Shown here piece by piece: positions 12,240-25,867 of a DNA stretch of 64,000 nucleotides. The notes under the pieces were generated by a model that saw only the letters and a list, made by a program, of their open reading frames with translations, made no database searches and had not been told where the DNA came from. The position numbers and the translations under genes are program-made. Each line of letters starts with the position of its first letter. The first letter of the stretch is position 1. The DNA is from Callorhinchus milii. Its lineage: Eukaryota. The DNA lies in NCBI RefSeq assembly GCF_018977255.1, contig NW_024704743.1, forward strand, positions 4,218,001-4,282,000. The letters are read 5' to 3'.

Positions 12240-15200
12240 AAAACACAAGAAGACCCGATTTATTATTGAGATTTTATAATTCCTATTAACCTAAACACAA
12301 AATATACAATTATTAAAGAAATACACAGTGCAATTCCAGGAGAGAAAATAAAAGACAATTTGAACGATTGATTTAATTGATTCAGTGGAACACGTGACAG
12401 CTGATTTGTTTTTACCAAAAGTAGATGTGAAATGTGAAACAACTTGCATTTACGTAGTTTATGTAGGTAAAATAATATTTCAAAGCACTTACAAAAACTT
12501 TTTTTTTAAAAAGAGGGTTACTTTGAGACCAAGTTGGGATTGAGAACACTCACACAATCCAAAAAAAAACCACACTCCCTCTGATCACTGGCTTGAATCA
12601 ATATATTCACCTCCAACCAGATCACACTGTTGAATGCTGCCTTCTGTTTGTTGTTCCATAGATAAAGTGAATATATACTTCTTCATCCACTAAATGATTT
12701 TTTCCCCTGTCAAAAAGAACAGCCGAAAATGTGCAGAAAATAGCTGCATCGGCACATCAGCAAAACAGAGTAGCAACTTCACTGACAAATTTGCATGGGT
12801 TCAAATTTCTGGTCATTATCTCCGTTGTAGCTTCTGGCATGAAAAACGGAGCTGTGTAGTGATGCCCCTGTGCCACAAAAACTACCGATATACAATTGCA
12901 TTGTCTGAAATAGAATTAAACACAATTCAGCCCCCACACAGATTATTTTGTTATACCTTTAACTCAGGCTTTTTAAAAAAAAATTAATATTTGAACCTTG
13001 CCATGCTAAAATACTGTCTGGTAGGTAAGCTGGGAGCAAACAGTGCTTCTGCTGCAGAAACACTGATATATTTGCATCGATAATGCACTCTTTGTAAGTG
13101 TCTGCAATTTTAAAACACTTTTGCCGCTCTCTTTCGCAATATTGTGGGACTGATTCAGATCACGTCTTGTGTTCCGCGTGAACCCACTGCAGAAATGGAC
13201 AAGGTGTTACCTGCGAGTAACATTTTGGGTCAGAAATCCCATTTACCAGTCTGTTCAGCAATCTAACTCCTTTGAAGAAACGCTCCCTGTAGTTTTTACA
13301 ACTATTGATGAATGTCCACCTACAGGTGCATTCCACTTGCTTTCAGAAGAGAAGCTGCCTTTACACATCTTTCTCTCTCTCTCTCTCTCAGCTGTATTTG
13401 AGATATTATACTTCTACAGTGTAATAAATGCCATAGAGAATATACCGAATATACCGCTGCAACAAGTTTGTCTTAAAAGCTTGAAAGAAAGAACCAGGTT
13501 TTACTTAAGTGGCATGAACACAAGTGTGAACTCAGTGCAATCAAATATATGCCAACAAAAAAAAGAAATGAGCAGTTTGAACATTTAATGGTTCAGTGAT
13601 CGTTCTACCCTATGAAATCCTACAATTTTGACCTAAAGAAACTCTTAAAATGCTTAAACAACAGAATACCCAGTGCTCTCTTTGTAAAGTGCCATATGTT
13701 GTAACAGTATCAGAAACATGCTTTTTTTTCAATATAATACATTAAACAGACGTAGTGTGCATGATCTGGGATGAGATTTTTGAAACCGATTACAGGCTGC
13801 TGATTTGGGCGCCAACAAAAGGTTTCATTCAGTGAAATAAAAATCCAAAGCGTTATATAAAAACAAAAGGGCCATGTTGCAGGACATCCCCAGAAACACA
13901 CTGCTCTACCCCCAAGTCGTGCTGCCACAAGAAAATGAAGTGCACTAAAAGCCAGGCTGGAGCTGAGAAGATAAATTACAAATGCAGTCGAGTTAGTCCC
14001 ATAGACTTCAAGCGAGATTTGAAAGGGCTAATTCCGAACACTGCTGACGAGACCTTTACACGTAGATCAAACCCGTCAAAGGGACCGGCAGAAACAGTAG
14101 TGGAACAATGGGGGGGGGGGGTCGGGGATGATGAATAACATTTGTTGGGTTACTGGAACACGAGCAAATCAGACAAAAAAAGAGATCACAATACTCCTTT
14201 CCAGGTACTCAAACCAGCACCAGGCTACGCGTGTAACACACTGAGTTTGCCTCGACTATCGAACATAAAACTGCGTAATCAACAGGTGAATCGGAACACT
14301 TACTTTGCTCTAAACAGTTTCAGGGGTTTAGCTTCAAATCATCCCGTTCTACGCTGTTCAGCAAACCTTCCTGCGGGGCGATAATTAAAGGTGTTCATGG
14401 GACTCCTCTCCTGGAACGCGGGTGATATTTTGCCTTCTATGTGGCTGCCACAAACCATCGATATCCTTTTCACAATTTCTCACTGCGCCGATCGCTGGAG
14501 ATTTTAGCAGCTCTGACCCGAACGTCTACGACATTAAACCACTGGATAAAAGAGGTCTTTTGTGTTTTGCTAAACACGGAATGCAACACCAGACTGAATG
14601 AAGGCCGGTCTCTGTGCTTTTAAATATTGACTGAGAAGTCACACAATTTAGAATAATTGACTGACGACAAAAAAAAATCAGTGGTATACTTGACCCTGAT
14701 ACTGTACAGGTTCAATAAAATACATGTAGGAGCCATGCCATGAATAAACACCAGGTGAACAACCCCAGATGAATAACTACATCAAATTCAGTTACAATTC
14801 AGCAGACATCGAACACGACCACCACTTGTCGGACACTTACTAGTCACGTTTGGAGTTCTATACATTACTAAATTTAAAAAGATCTAAGTGGGTATACTTC
14901 TATCTATCACAAGTTCCACTGAAATGTGCGTAATGTCAAATACTTACTGTGTGAAAAGAGAATGGGAAGGGATAACACACCACGGATGAGATTCAAACCA
15001 GACTCCTACCGTCTAACCCTGCGTTTTCCACGAGGCAAAAAAAAAGGCAGATATGTAGAATCTTCAGGTAACACCAAACACCACTCTGACCGTGACATAA
15101 TTTACATTAAGCTGTGCTTCACACTGTTTCAGTCATCCAGTAACCACCCTGCTCTCTCTCTGCTTCAGAACTCAGATATGACCATCCTGTGCAAATAAGT

Positions 15201-15493
15201 AACATTGGAAGTATGCAGTTAAGGTCAACCAATTCTAACGACCAGCGAAGAACACCCAAAATGACAAAACGTGTTAAAGAAATACTTATATATTGTTGTA
15301 CACAAGATCGGCTTATTAACTAAGCACAGTTTCGGAGGCTTGACACGCACAAACTTGCATGTCCAGCCAGCTCTGTAACACCAACTCTCGCTCTGCCCGG
15401 TGGGAAGATTCACAGCAATAACAGCAGTAGAGAAACAAAAAAGCATGTGATGGCCGTAATTAACCATCGATTTTCCAAAACACTGGGACGTCT
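12240..15493 (-). other. WDR37: Probable WDR37 3' UTR (~3.2 kb)
   Basis: AT-rich and free of recognisable SINE/LINE, directly downstream of the stop; ends near an AATAAA. The 3' boundary is inferred. Confidence 0.55.
12259..12264 (-). terminator. Candidate polyadenylation signal AATAAA for WDR37
   Basis: tttatt on + strand, followed on the minus strand by U/GU-rich tcttcttgtgttttc and gtgttttat; lies at the edge of the TE-free block. Confidence 0.45.
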
Positions 15494-15625
15494 TCATTTC
15501 TCTTGTAACAACGCCGGGATATTGATGTTCCAGCCAATGGCCTGACGATCAAAACCGCAGGAAAAGAGGTTGCACGTGGGATTGTCCTCGCTCCACGCTG
15601 TGCAGCACACCATCCGACGATGTCC
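15494..15625 (-). CDS. WDR37: WDR37 last coding exon, 132 bp incl. [46 protein letters not shown]
   Basis: Within ORF 15494..15679; matches the recalled WDR37 C-terminus; cacacag| acceptor. Confidence 0.97.
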   Translation of the reverse strand, partial: GHRRMVCCTAWSEDNPTCNLFSCGFDRQAIGWNINIPALLQEK

Positions 15626-16226
15626 CTGTGTGAAAACAAAACGGTCCAAACGTGGCTCGAGTCGCACAATCCTCAGCACAAAACAAGTTGAGTTTTCCCG
15701 ATGGACTTCGCCCTCCCAACGTGAAAGGCGCTACCGTCAACGCAGTTTTCCCAACTGTCACTGGTTCTGTCAGTGACAAGAGTTCAAAACCCTCGTCCTC
15801 GTCCTCGCCTCCAAAGCCATTCGCAGCACCTGCTCTCTCCCCCCACCCTACCTCTGCGACCTACTGCTAACTCCACACAGACCTGGACGCTCCCTCCGCT
15901 CAGCGGGCTCCGGCCTGCTCCACGTTCCCCCCCGCCCGGCCCGCCTCCCACCACCGGCGGTCAGGTCTTCAGCCTCTCTGCCCCCCCCCGCCCTGTGGGA
16001 CTGTTCTTCAAGGCCCCGTCACAAGATGCTCCTCTTCGACATACATTTAAGACAATAGCATCTCATCGTTTTTGACAACCGCAAAAGATTTTCCCTGATA
16101 ATAATTTTCGTATTTATGAGCTCCGAGTTAAATTTGGCGAGTTCACAAACATTTTTACACCCCCCCCCCACCCGCCCGCCGACTGGGCCCCTGAAATGGC
16201 CAGGGTTACAGAAAGACGGGACTTAC

Positions 16227-16341
16227 CTGGCGATTACTGCGAGGGAGTCGTGTTAAACGTACTCCAGACATGTCGAATAATCGAACCTGTCGATTGTCGT
16301 GCGGGAGTGCTATGATCTTCTGTCCAGCGGACACACTTATC
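16227..16341 (-). CDS. WDR37: WDR37 coding exon (approx. exon 13), 115 bp, (R)[38 protein letters not shown]
   Basis: cttccag| acceptor, |gtaagt donor; phase 2 to 0. Confidence 0.97.
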
Positions 16342-16724
16342 CTGGAAGAGATCAAAGAAACTGAGCAAATTCCCGAAGGCATCGCAGCAAAGGCACATTT
16401 CAGCAGGACGACGACACTGGACTGTTACCCAGTCGGCATCTTCGCACTGTTACATGACCAGCTTCACGAAGCAACTGTTGTACCAAAGTGTGTAGCTGGC
16501 TGTTCACATTCTGAGGACACTGGGAGTCAGCACTCCCCAGTCCTTCAGCCCTCATGACTAATCGATGCATCCAGTACCAAAAGCAAAGGAGTGGCATAAG
16601 CCGACCGTTTACTTCCACGTGCCTCAGCTCACAGGGGAGATCAATTCAAAATAAAAGGGATTAGTTGATATTGCCCAAAATGATCGTGTTTCGTACGAAA
16701 GCACGAGGCGGACGTTTTATTAAT

Positions 16725-16985
16725 GACGTGTCCTGCGGATGCGATGTCAACTGAGGACCCATCTGCCTGTTCAGGTGGATGTTAAAGATGCTCTGGGGCT
16801 GTTTGACAAGAGTCCCCATGTCCTGGCCAACAATCCCCCATTCCCTCCATGGCTGTTTGTGGGGCAACGCTGTGCGTAAATTGGCTGTCACAAAATACAC
16901 AGTCACTTCGCAGAATTCCTGCGAAGTGCTTTGCGATGTCCTCCTGACATGAAAGGCGCTACACTAAATGTAGGGATGATCATTG
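16725..16985 (+). mobile_element. Older Deu-domain SINE fragment
   Basis: tctgcctgttcaggtggatgttaaagat..tcctggccaacaatcccc..gctgtgcgtaaattggctg, L2 tail. Confidence 0.65.
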
Positions 16986-19900
16986 TTTTATTGCCTGCGG
17001 TGTTATAGTAACCCTCGGGGGATGTTTAGAGGGAAGGTGCTGCCCAAAAGTGGGCGGCTGTGATCTCATCATTTTTTCCTGAATAGAGATTTGAGCCACA
17101 TGGGCTCTCACATGGGGTGCCAGAGGGCAGGCCAGGGAAAAGAAAGTGTGAAGCTTGTTCTCCACACCCTGCTTGTGTTGGAAATCGCGGTCAGCAAACC
17201 GCTGTGATGCAGCTCTCCGTGCGAGCAAGTCCTACAATTTAGGCGACCATTAGAGTACCAACATGAAATGGTGTGGCATGTACTGCAATCGGGCTTTCCA
17301 CTCAACCTCATTGTAATTAATGTGCCTTCGCTCTCTGAGTAGTGTTTCTCCCCCCGTACTCCAGTATTCTCCTATAAATCCCACAGAATCATACCCCTGT
17401 GATTCAGATCACAATTGGTCGCATTGGAATTACAGTATTACAAGCGTCAGTTTGCATTTTTGTGAGGAAGTACCACAGCTCTCTACTTGCATCAAGTCCC
17501 CTGCAATATGGATCTTACGTTAAAAAGGCAGTAAAACTGAAAATAAAAATAAAGGCAATTTTTACAATCAATTATACCAAAGCCAACAATTACGAGATGA
17601 CTGCATAATTAATGCAAGTAAACTCGCCAGAGTTGACCTCGCTGACTTCAAATTGAGAGTTGCTGTAGATTTCTTCGCTGGGAACCTCTCAGTTATATAT
17701 ATATATAAAAAAAGTACCTCTTTGACAGTGTCTAAGTCATCTCCCCTTTCTCCCTCCTCCCTTGCTCGGAATCCAACCCTTGCCTTTGTGAAGCACTCAA
17801 AGAGACGTTATCCTATATGAAGGGCGCTATATAAATTTAATTGATATTGTTGTACATAAAACCTCATCCTTTCTGTCACCTCAGTGCAAAAATAGTACAA
17901 AACTATTAAGACGATTCCGACAAGATCCACCTTTCACAAAACCTGGCTCTCCCTGATCTGTTCATTTTCATCTAGAAACTCACTGCTCGTTTGAGAGTTC
18001 CCACATAAGAAGGTGATGGCTCTTTTTCCCCTGAAAAGAAAACAATGGAATGGAATTTCTTCCACCGCTAAGAGGTAATTGGATGCTTCGGTCCGATTTA
18101 AATATATTATGAATTGTCTGTCAGAAAAAACACTGCTAGAATTAAAGTGGGTTTCACGTGTGAAGCAAGATTCATTTACACCATTGGACACGACAGGCTT
18201 AAACATTACAAGGTGCATTCCATCAGCCTCTGGAGCTTTTGGCATGAGATCAAGAGATGTGTGCAATGCTGTTTTTACATAAACTACAAAAGGGGATGAA
18301 GTTCACAATAAGCCTCTCGCAAAGAACACGCTGACAGACAGAAGCTCTTTTGGATTTTACAGTAATCCATACTTAATGATGAGAAACATACACACAGATG
18401 TGCAAATGTCATTGAAAATTGAAAATACCAGTGTCGGATCTATTTAAAGCTTTGTCTTTCTACCCTGGCCCTTACAGTACTAGCTCTCAGTTCGGCTCTA
18501 CCCCCATCTCCCACACGATGCTCTCACATGACTGAGCGCTAAATAATCCCCTTTATTCACACGTGTCAGAAAGATAAAGGTTTTCTCCCCGCAGCGAATG
18601 CTGAATTTTTTGGAATCAGAATCGGTGCCCATCAGCCCATCACAGGTCATTCCTATCAAAAGCAGCAAAATACCTCATACACACAACACTGCATGGCAAC
18701 AGCTTATCCATCCACACGGACAATAATTTTCATTCATCTTTTTCGAACAAAAGTCAAAGAGCACGTATTTATTTACTAAAAATCTGCAGTATTTTGTGTT
18801 TTGTTAACGAAAATATGTTCTGGGACGGGGCAGGCCAGAATCTGAAATATTACACAATACGAGAACCATTTCTGCCTTTCTGTTGAATAAAAACTTGTTA
18901 AAGGTGTTGATCCCACACCTTCGCCTCCAGGCAGAGTAAACGGTTAAATATTTTGCTCACAGCACAGAAGAGAAACCCAATTAATATTGCCCTGAACATA
19001 CTACACCGTGTGAGCCTAGTCCTGCAAAATGATGTAGGCATTGATGATTAGCATTTAATGCTACAGTAACTCTCTCTCCTCACTATCGGAACAAGCATAC
19101 AGTAGAGGCCCTGTCTATTGGGACAAGTGTACAGGAGTGCCTGTCTGTCCATGCCAAAACGACAAAAGCAAAGTCACTCAAGTGGCATCATGAATCTTCA
19201 CTCAATTTTATGTGTCTGCTTCTCAGATACGTTTCTTCATTATTAAGCGGGTATTTAAAAGAAAAATACATTTGACAAAGGCAACGGCTAGAATTTAAAT
19301 ACTCGAGTTGGTAAGATTTGTAGTCAAAGTCGTCGTTATTATTTATTATTAGCTTCACCCATGAAAATGACAGGGCATTCAATAGCAACATGGTACACAA
19401 TCTGACCTTCCTGAGTTGACTGACATGTCGCTGCAGATTTGAGTGCTACGGTTTCTGATAGTACACACCAACCAGAAAGAGAGCACACCGATGAAACTCA
19501 GCCATTAAATGCAAGATGATCTACGACGGCAATGCTATTGCAGAGCCCGCAAGACTGTGGTCAGGGTAGAGGAAAAGTGCGTCAGTGCAATGTTTGATCC
19601 AAGACCTTTCTTTTTAAATAAGTAAAGCAAGTAAAGACCTCGGGACATAGGGATTGATTTTGCAGTAATGCTGGTACTTTGGAAGCTCAAACATGTTATT
19701 TTACAGGCTCACATTTAAAATCTTCATTGAAATGCAATTATTATTGCATCTCATTAAACGGCCTTTTAGGCATCAATGTGTAAACTGGTGATATTATATC
19801 ACGTTTATGATGACACTGGAAACCAGTTGCTGTATTATAAAGCTCGCACGGTACGAGAACAGAAAAGTAATGGAATAGAAACATAGCAATTCTGCAGCGC

Positions 19901-20004
19901 AGAAGGAGACCATTCAGCCCATCGAGTCTCCACTGGCTCACGGAGCAAGAAGATCAAATCTAAAGGATTTGAAGAAAATATTTTGGGAAGAGCCCTGGAG
20001 AGTA

Positions 20005-20352
20005 TTGGTTGGAGCACTCGCCTCGCAAGCGAGAGGATCTGGGTTCGATTCTTGGGCGGGGCGAAACTTTAGGCAAATTTCCATACTCCACAAGCCTCTG
20101 CTTATCTAGCAGTAAGTAGGAACCCGGTTGTTAGTTGATTGACGGATCGTTTTTCCAGGGGTAATAATTCCTTCAAATTTTTCTACAAAATAAACTAATT
20201 TGGTCACTCAGTCCACGACTGTTTGTGGGACACCGATGTGCGCAATTGGCTGCAGAGTTTCATCCACAAGATATACAATTCACTTTACAGTCCATTGAGA
20301 CTTCTCGAAGACGTGATAAGGCGCTATATCAAAGGCAAAGATTATTATTATT
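20005..20352 (+). mobile_element. tRNA-headed SINE, long form
   Basis: gagcactcgcctcgcaagcgagag..gggttcgattc, central segment, tail. Confidence 0.85.
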
Positions 20353-22263
20353 GTTAATAGTGTCTCGGGATGGTCTATTGCCCACCTGATCAGGCAGCCA
20401 GGGCCTTGGGTTAACATCTCACCCAAAGGATGGTGCCTCCCCCACCCCACCCCCACCCCACCCCCACCCAAAGACGTGATAAGGCGCAATATCAAATGGA
20501 AGGATTATCATGAAAAATATTGAAGGAAATGTACAAGAATACACCAGGTATTGAGCGAAAAACAAATTCCACAAAAATAAAAGTGGATTCTCAAATATCC
20601 ACTAATTTCAAGTGTCTACAGGGGAGGATGGAGCAGAAGAGGTTGGGGGGGTGGTTTGCTGCATTTTGACGATTATCCAGGTTCAATTGCATTTTCTCCC
20701 CCCAATCGTCCCCCAGTTCAGAGGGCACACAGCCTTGAGGTCTTTCCCAATCTTAATCATGACCCCTCGAGTTCCAGCTTGCGGTCTAACTAAAAGTTTT
20801 GGGTTTGCCTACAAAATACACGGCCACTGCGCTTTGCAGTAAAATCCTGTCAAGCACTTTGAGACGTCCTCCTGACGTGAAAGGAACATCAGATGCAGTA
20901 TCATATCTGCATCAGTTTTGTTTCTCATCATTCAAAAGTCCTGGAATGATGTCCTCAGTCTCCCCTCCCCTCTTAATAATGGAAACCAGCTGAGTCTAGT
21001 TGCTTCTCCTCATAATTTAAGTATTTTTGCAACTGTTGGGGGCCCATCCAGCACTGTTAAGCCCTTTTGAGATGCGCTGCTGATGTGAAAGATGATGTGT
21101 AAACTTAAATTGTATTGTATTGCTGGATGTGATCTGAAATGGCTTCCAGAAATAAAGCAGAAAACAGCGTCAAAACATTTCTTGCTCCAAAATTGAGGCA
21201 ATCTCTGTGTCTGCGTCCAAAGCTCTGGTAATCAACATTGACACCTACTGCTTGGGAGCAGAACTGAAGGACGTAGGTTTCAAATAACAAAGATTATTTG
21301 TATATTTTCTCCAAAGAGTATCGGAAATTTGCCCCTAGCGTGCCCTAACTGATTTAGTACTCTCCACATTGCTCCTATAACATAATAAACTGTGTTCCCG
21401 TCAAAAACAGCATCAACTACTGCTGTTTGGATCCTGCATCACATTACATAGGAAACAAGAACCTAACATCAGTAGTTGATGCTGTGTTTATTTTTCGACA
21501 GAAAATACATAGAAATTGATACCATGGAAGGTCATTCAGCTGTTCTTGTCTGTGCTGGCCCTTTTTACAGAGCAAGCGTTTCAGTACCATTTACCTCCTG
21601 TTTCCCCATACCCTATAGTTGACAATGATCAGATAAGGATCCGGCTGGGAACAGGATTGAAGGATACAAAGATAGATTACAGGCAGGTAAATCAATAGCA
21701 AGGATAATAATACTCGCTGTATTTAGTACAGCGCCTTATCATGAGGTCGAGCCGTCTCAAAGCGCCTCACAGGATATACTGTAAAGTGGGGTGAAAGTAT
21801 TTGGAGGTGAATGGGAAAGTCAATTTGCACACATCAAAATCCCATAAAAAGCCACGGGGAGACAATGACATTAAGGCGAAACAAAGGGAGGATGGATGAA
21901 CATTTTTGAACCACTTTATCGGATTACTTTTGGGAAGACAAAACTATTCGATGCAGAACATTCCTGAGCAGAGTGGATGCACCGCGCCCTTCAGATTCTT
22001 TAGTCAGAGAGAGAAAAAAAACTCTTTCATCCCAGGACATTTCAACCCACGACTGTTTGCGGGGACACCGCTGCGAGCAATTGGCTGCCGCACTTCGCCC
22101 ACAACTAGACAGTCAATTCGCTTTCTGTGAAGCGCTTTGAGACGTCTCGAAGACGTGAAAAGCGTTATATCAAATGCAAGGATTATCAGGAAGCGGCAAA
22201 TGTGCGTGAAGGCGTGAAATCCTTAATCTGACATACGGAAGTGCATTTAAAAATAACCATTTA

Positions 22264-22476
<213 letters not shown>

Positions 22477-23019
22477 TCAGCTGAAATATAAAATTAATGT
22501 CTGCAACTGAAATAACTTATTTATTTGCTTATGAGTAGAACAATTTCACATTATTGGGCAAACAAAGTCAACAGCTGAACATCTCTCTCTTCCCCCAGCG
22601 CTCACGAGATGTTATCCCGTGTGAAGGGAGGGCGATGTAAATGCAAGTTGCCGTTCTCTGTCTTGAAAACAACCTCGAAGCAATACTCAAACTATTAGTA
22701 GTGTTTGCATTTCCCACATCGCAAATCACTGTGGCCACTCGGGACTCGGTAAATACAGCAAAGCCAAACTCAACATGAGTATTAATCAATAAAAAGAAAT
22801 CCCACAGGAAATTTTGGAAACAAAATCAAAATACAAACCCCCCTGTGGAGGGCCTTTCATTGTCTGTTCGTTTCGATGAGAAGCCACAGCTGTTTTGAGT
22901 ATAAAACTAGTCTAGGACCAGACCAATTTTGTCACCATTGCAGTCATATTGTCTGAATTCATACCTCATTCCTATGAATTCCATACCTCATTCATACCTG
23001 TTCTTACAGGAGGAGAATA

Positions 23020-23498
23020 ACCCTTGCATTTCAATTAGCACCCGATCACATCGTCAAGACATCTCAAAGGGTTTCACACAATATCCTACAAGGTGGAGCG
23101 GGGGTGAACTCAGTAGCCAGTCTGTGCACAACAATGTCCCGTAAGCAGCCATCGATTGGAGTGAGTCAGACCTTGAGGTGAACTCCCAACATGAGAAGTG
23201 CTATACGCGCGCAAATTTGCTTTATTTCAGGGGACTGTTGGCCAGGACGCCAGGAGAAACTCTCCCTTTTTCTTTTCAGATAATGCCGTGGGATCTTTAA
23301 CATCCACCCTACACAGGCAAATGGGACATCGGTTTAACATCTCAGACCGAAGCACTGCACCCCTGACAATGCAGCACACCCCCAGCACTGCAATGGAGCG
23401 TCAGCTTTGACCCTGTGAGTTCCAAACCCTGACGCGTGGGCTCGAACCCCGCAACCCCTCCGACTCGGGAGTTCTACCGAATGAGCCAGTCTGACACC
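23020..23498 (-). mobile_element. Older Deu-domain SINE, near full length
   Basis: gttggccaggacgccaggagaaactccc..gccgtgggatctttaacatccacc..gggctcgaacccc..gagccagtctgacac. Confidence 0.7.
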
Positions 23499-24074
23499 GG
23501 GCTGGAAAGAGTGCTGGATAACCCTGCACGCAATTATAAATTCTTGATAAGACAGGCGCACAAATGAAGGCTTGCAAATGCATCCTCTCTTAAAAGGCTC
23601 CTACCCTAGACTCGCTTTGTTTACTTCCCGATCTGCATGCCTCTGGGCCCTAAGTGAATTTTGAATGTGCTTCTCGTCTCCATTTTCCACTTTGGGCTAA
23701 TGGTCCTACTAAAAGGGCTGGAGATCACACAGGATATTTAATGAAGTCTAATATTTTGCAATTTGCAATGTCAGTTCCTCCTATCCGCCCGCTACTCAAA
23801 GAATTCAGACTTTCACATAGTGATTTGGACGCTGATTGAATTGAGCAGCATCCAAGCCACTGGAGGCACTTTTACGCAGGCACGCTTAATTCAAATTGAC
23901 ATTATATTACGGTTTAATAAGGATTAAACTACTGCGTGGAGCACGGTTCTTTTAATTTAATAGCAAGCTGAAACGGAAGCACGCTGCTGTGGCAAGCAGC
24001 ACCGGCCTCGGTGTGACAAGACCTGTACGTTTTTCTCGTGCCAGTGAATACGCTTGCTAATTCGCGTGCAGAAG

Positions 24075-24370
24075 AATATGGGTTCAAGTCCCTCGGTGGG
24101 ACTTTGAACCGATATCCTCGGCTGACACTCCATTTGGAGGGGGTGGTGGGGCTGTGGGGGGGGGGGGGGGAGTGTTGTATTGCTGGAGGTGCTGTCCTTC
24201 AGATGAGATGTTAAACTAGGGTCCTGCTTGCCTGTTCAGGCGGACATAAAAAGGTCCCACGGTACTGTTCGAAATGAGAAGGGAGTTTCTCTTGATATCA
24301 TGGTCAACGACCTCTGCCCCCTTTCCCTTCACGGCTGTTTCTTGGGTGTCGCTGTCTGCAAATCGACTTA
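24075..24370 (+). mobile_element. Older Deu-domain SINE
   Basis: tgggttcaagtccc..ggctgacactcc..ggaggtgctgtccttcagatgagatgttaaac..gcctgttcaggcggac. Confidence 0.65.
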
Positions 24371-25309
24371 CATTTCGCCTCTTTTTGAAAACTGACTTAA
24401 TTTCGCCTCTTCTCGCTCCCAAATTTCCCCAGCAGGAATAAATCACGGGCGAAAGAATTCTGAAGAAAGCGTATCCTTGTTATGTTATTACGCCTCTGTG
24501 CTGAAACTGCCCACAAATTCATTGCACTTAAGGCCGTATATCCCGTGATGCATTTCGTGACATTCTCTTGATGTAAAAGGCACTATATCAAATTAAGGAT
24601 AACTTAATCTCACATCCATTTGCAATTGGAAACATGAAATGTAAAATAAGCCACTGAATCACGCACTGCCACTTTGTCAATAGGCTGGAATCTGGTTCAC
24701 CTAACGGTGTTATGTAAAACGAGTCTGGGCCATCTCCACACACAGTCCCACGTCTCACCAGGTCACCAGGCTCCATTGGTTCCCTGTCTCCCCCAATGGA
24801 TCGAATGACTTCATCTCTAAGCTCTTTCACACCCGAGAACCTCCCCAAGATCACCTCTGTGATCTTCTCCGTCCCCACTCCCCGGCTCATCCCCTGCGCT
24901 CAGCTAACTCAAGCCTTCTGCAAATTCCTCGTTTCTTCCAGGTCCCCAATCGGTATTCAGGTGGAGAAATGCCATTTTGCGTCCACTCTTCCATGTAAAA
25001 TAAATGCTTGCGGTGATCCTGTGCTCGATCCTGCCACAATGCGACAAAACACTCCACGAGGCGCATTAGGTTGATGTGTAGTGAAGGCCGTTTTGGCAAA
25101 CGCAGCAACTAATCTATGACGGCAATAACCCACGATCTACTAATCTGCGATTTTGTGCATGAAATTGATCGACGGAGAAATATTGGCTCGGGACACTGGA
25201 AGAATCTTCTTGCTCCCAAATATCTCCAGCAGGAATAAATGACGGGCGAAAGAATTTGGAAGAAAGTGTATTCTTGTTATGTTATTATCCTGCAAACAAT
25301 ATGCGTTTC

Positions 25310-25867
25310 GTAGGAACTCAGTTGTCAGTCAATTGGCGGGATCGCTTTTCCGAGGGTAATAATCCCTTCATAAATAAATAATAATTGGGTCACCCAATCC
25401 ACGCCTGTTTGTGGGACGCTGCTGTGCGCAATTGTCTGCCACGTTTCGCCCACAAAATATACAGTTAATTCACTGTGAAGCACTTTGAGACATCTCGAAG
25501 ACGCGATGAGGCGCGTGGAGTCCTGTAGCTCAGTGGTTAGAGCACTCGCTTTGCAAGTGAGAGACCTGAGTTCAATTCCAGGCAGAGGGCGAAACCTTGG
25601 GCAAGTTTCCTTACTCCACACAGAGCCTAATAACAATCCCTCAAAAAAAAAAAAACAATAATTAAATTGGTCATTTTCAATCTACGACTGTTTGTGGGAC
25701 ATTGCTGTGCGCAATTGGCTGCCGCGTTCGCCCACAAATATACAGTCAATTCACTTTACAGTGTGTTCTGTGAAGCGCTTTGGGACGTCCTCCCGACGTG
25801 AAAAGCGCTATATCAAATGCAAGGATTATTATTATTATTATTATATCAAATGCAAGGATTATTATTA
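25310..25867 (+). mobile_element. Long-form SINE (headless) hosting a short-subfamily SINE in its tail
   Basis: Host tail breaks after gaagacgcgatgaggcgc (25514) and resumes as tatatcaaatgcaaggattattatta after the insert. Confidence 0.8.
25517..25842 (+). mobile_element. SINE short subfamily, full length, young
   Basis: Near-identical by eye to 38887-39209 and 60940-61259. Confidence 0.92.
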
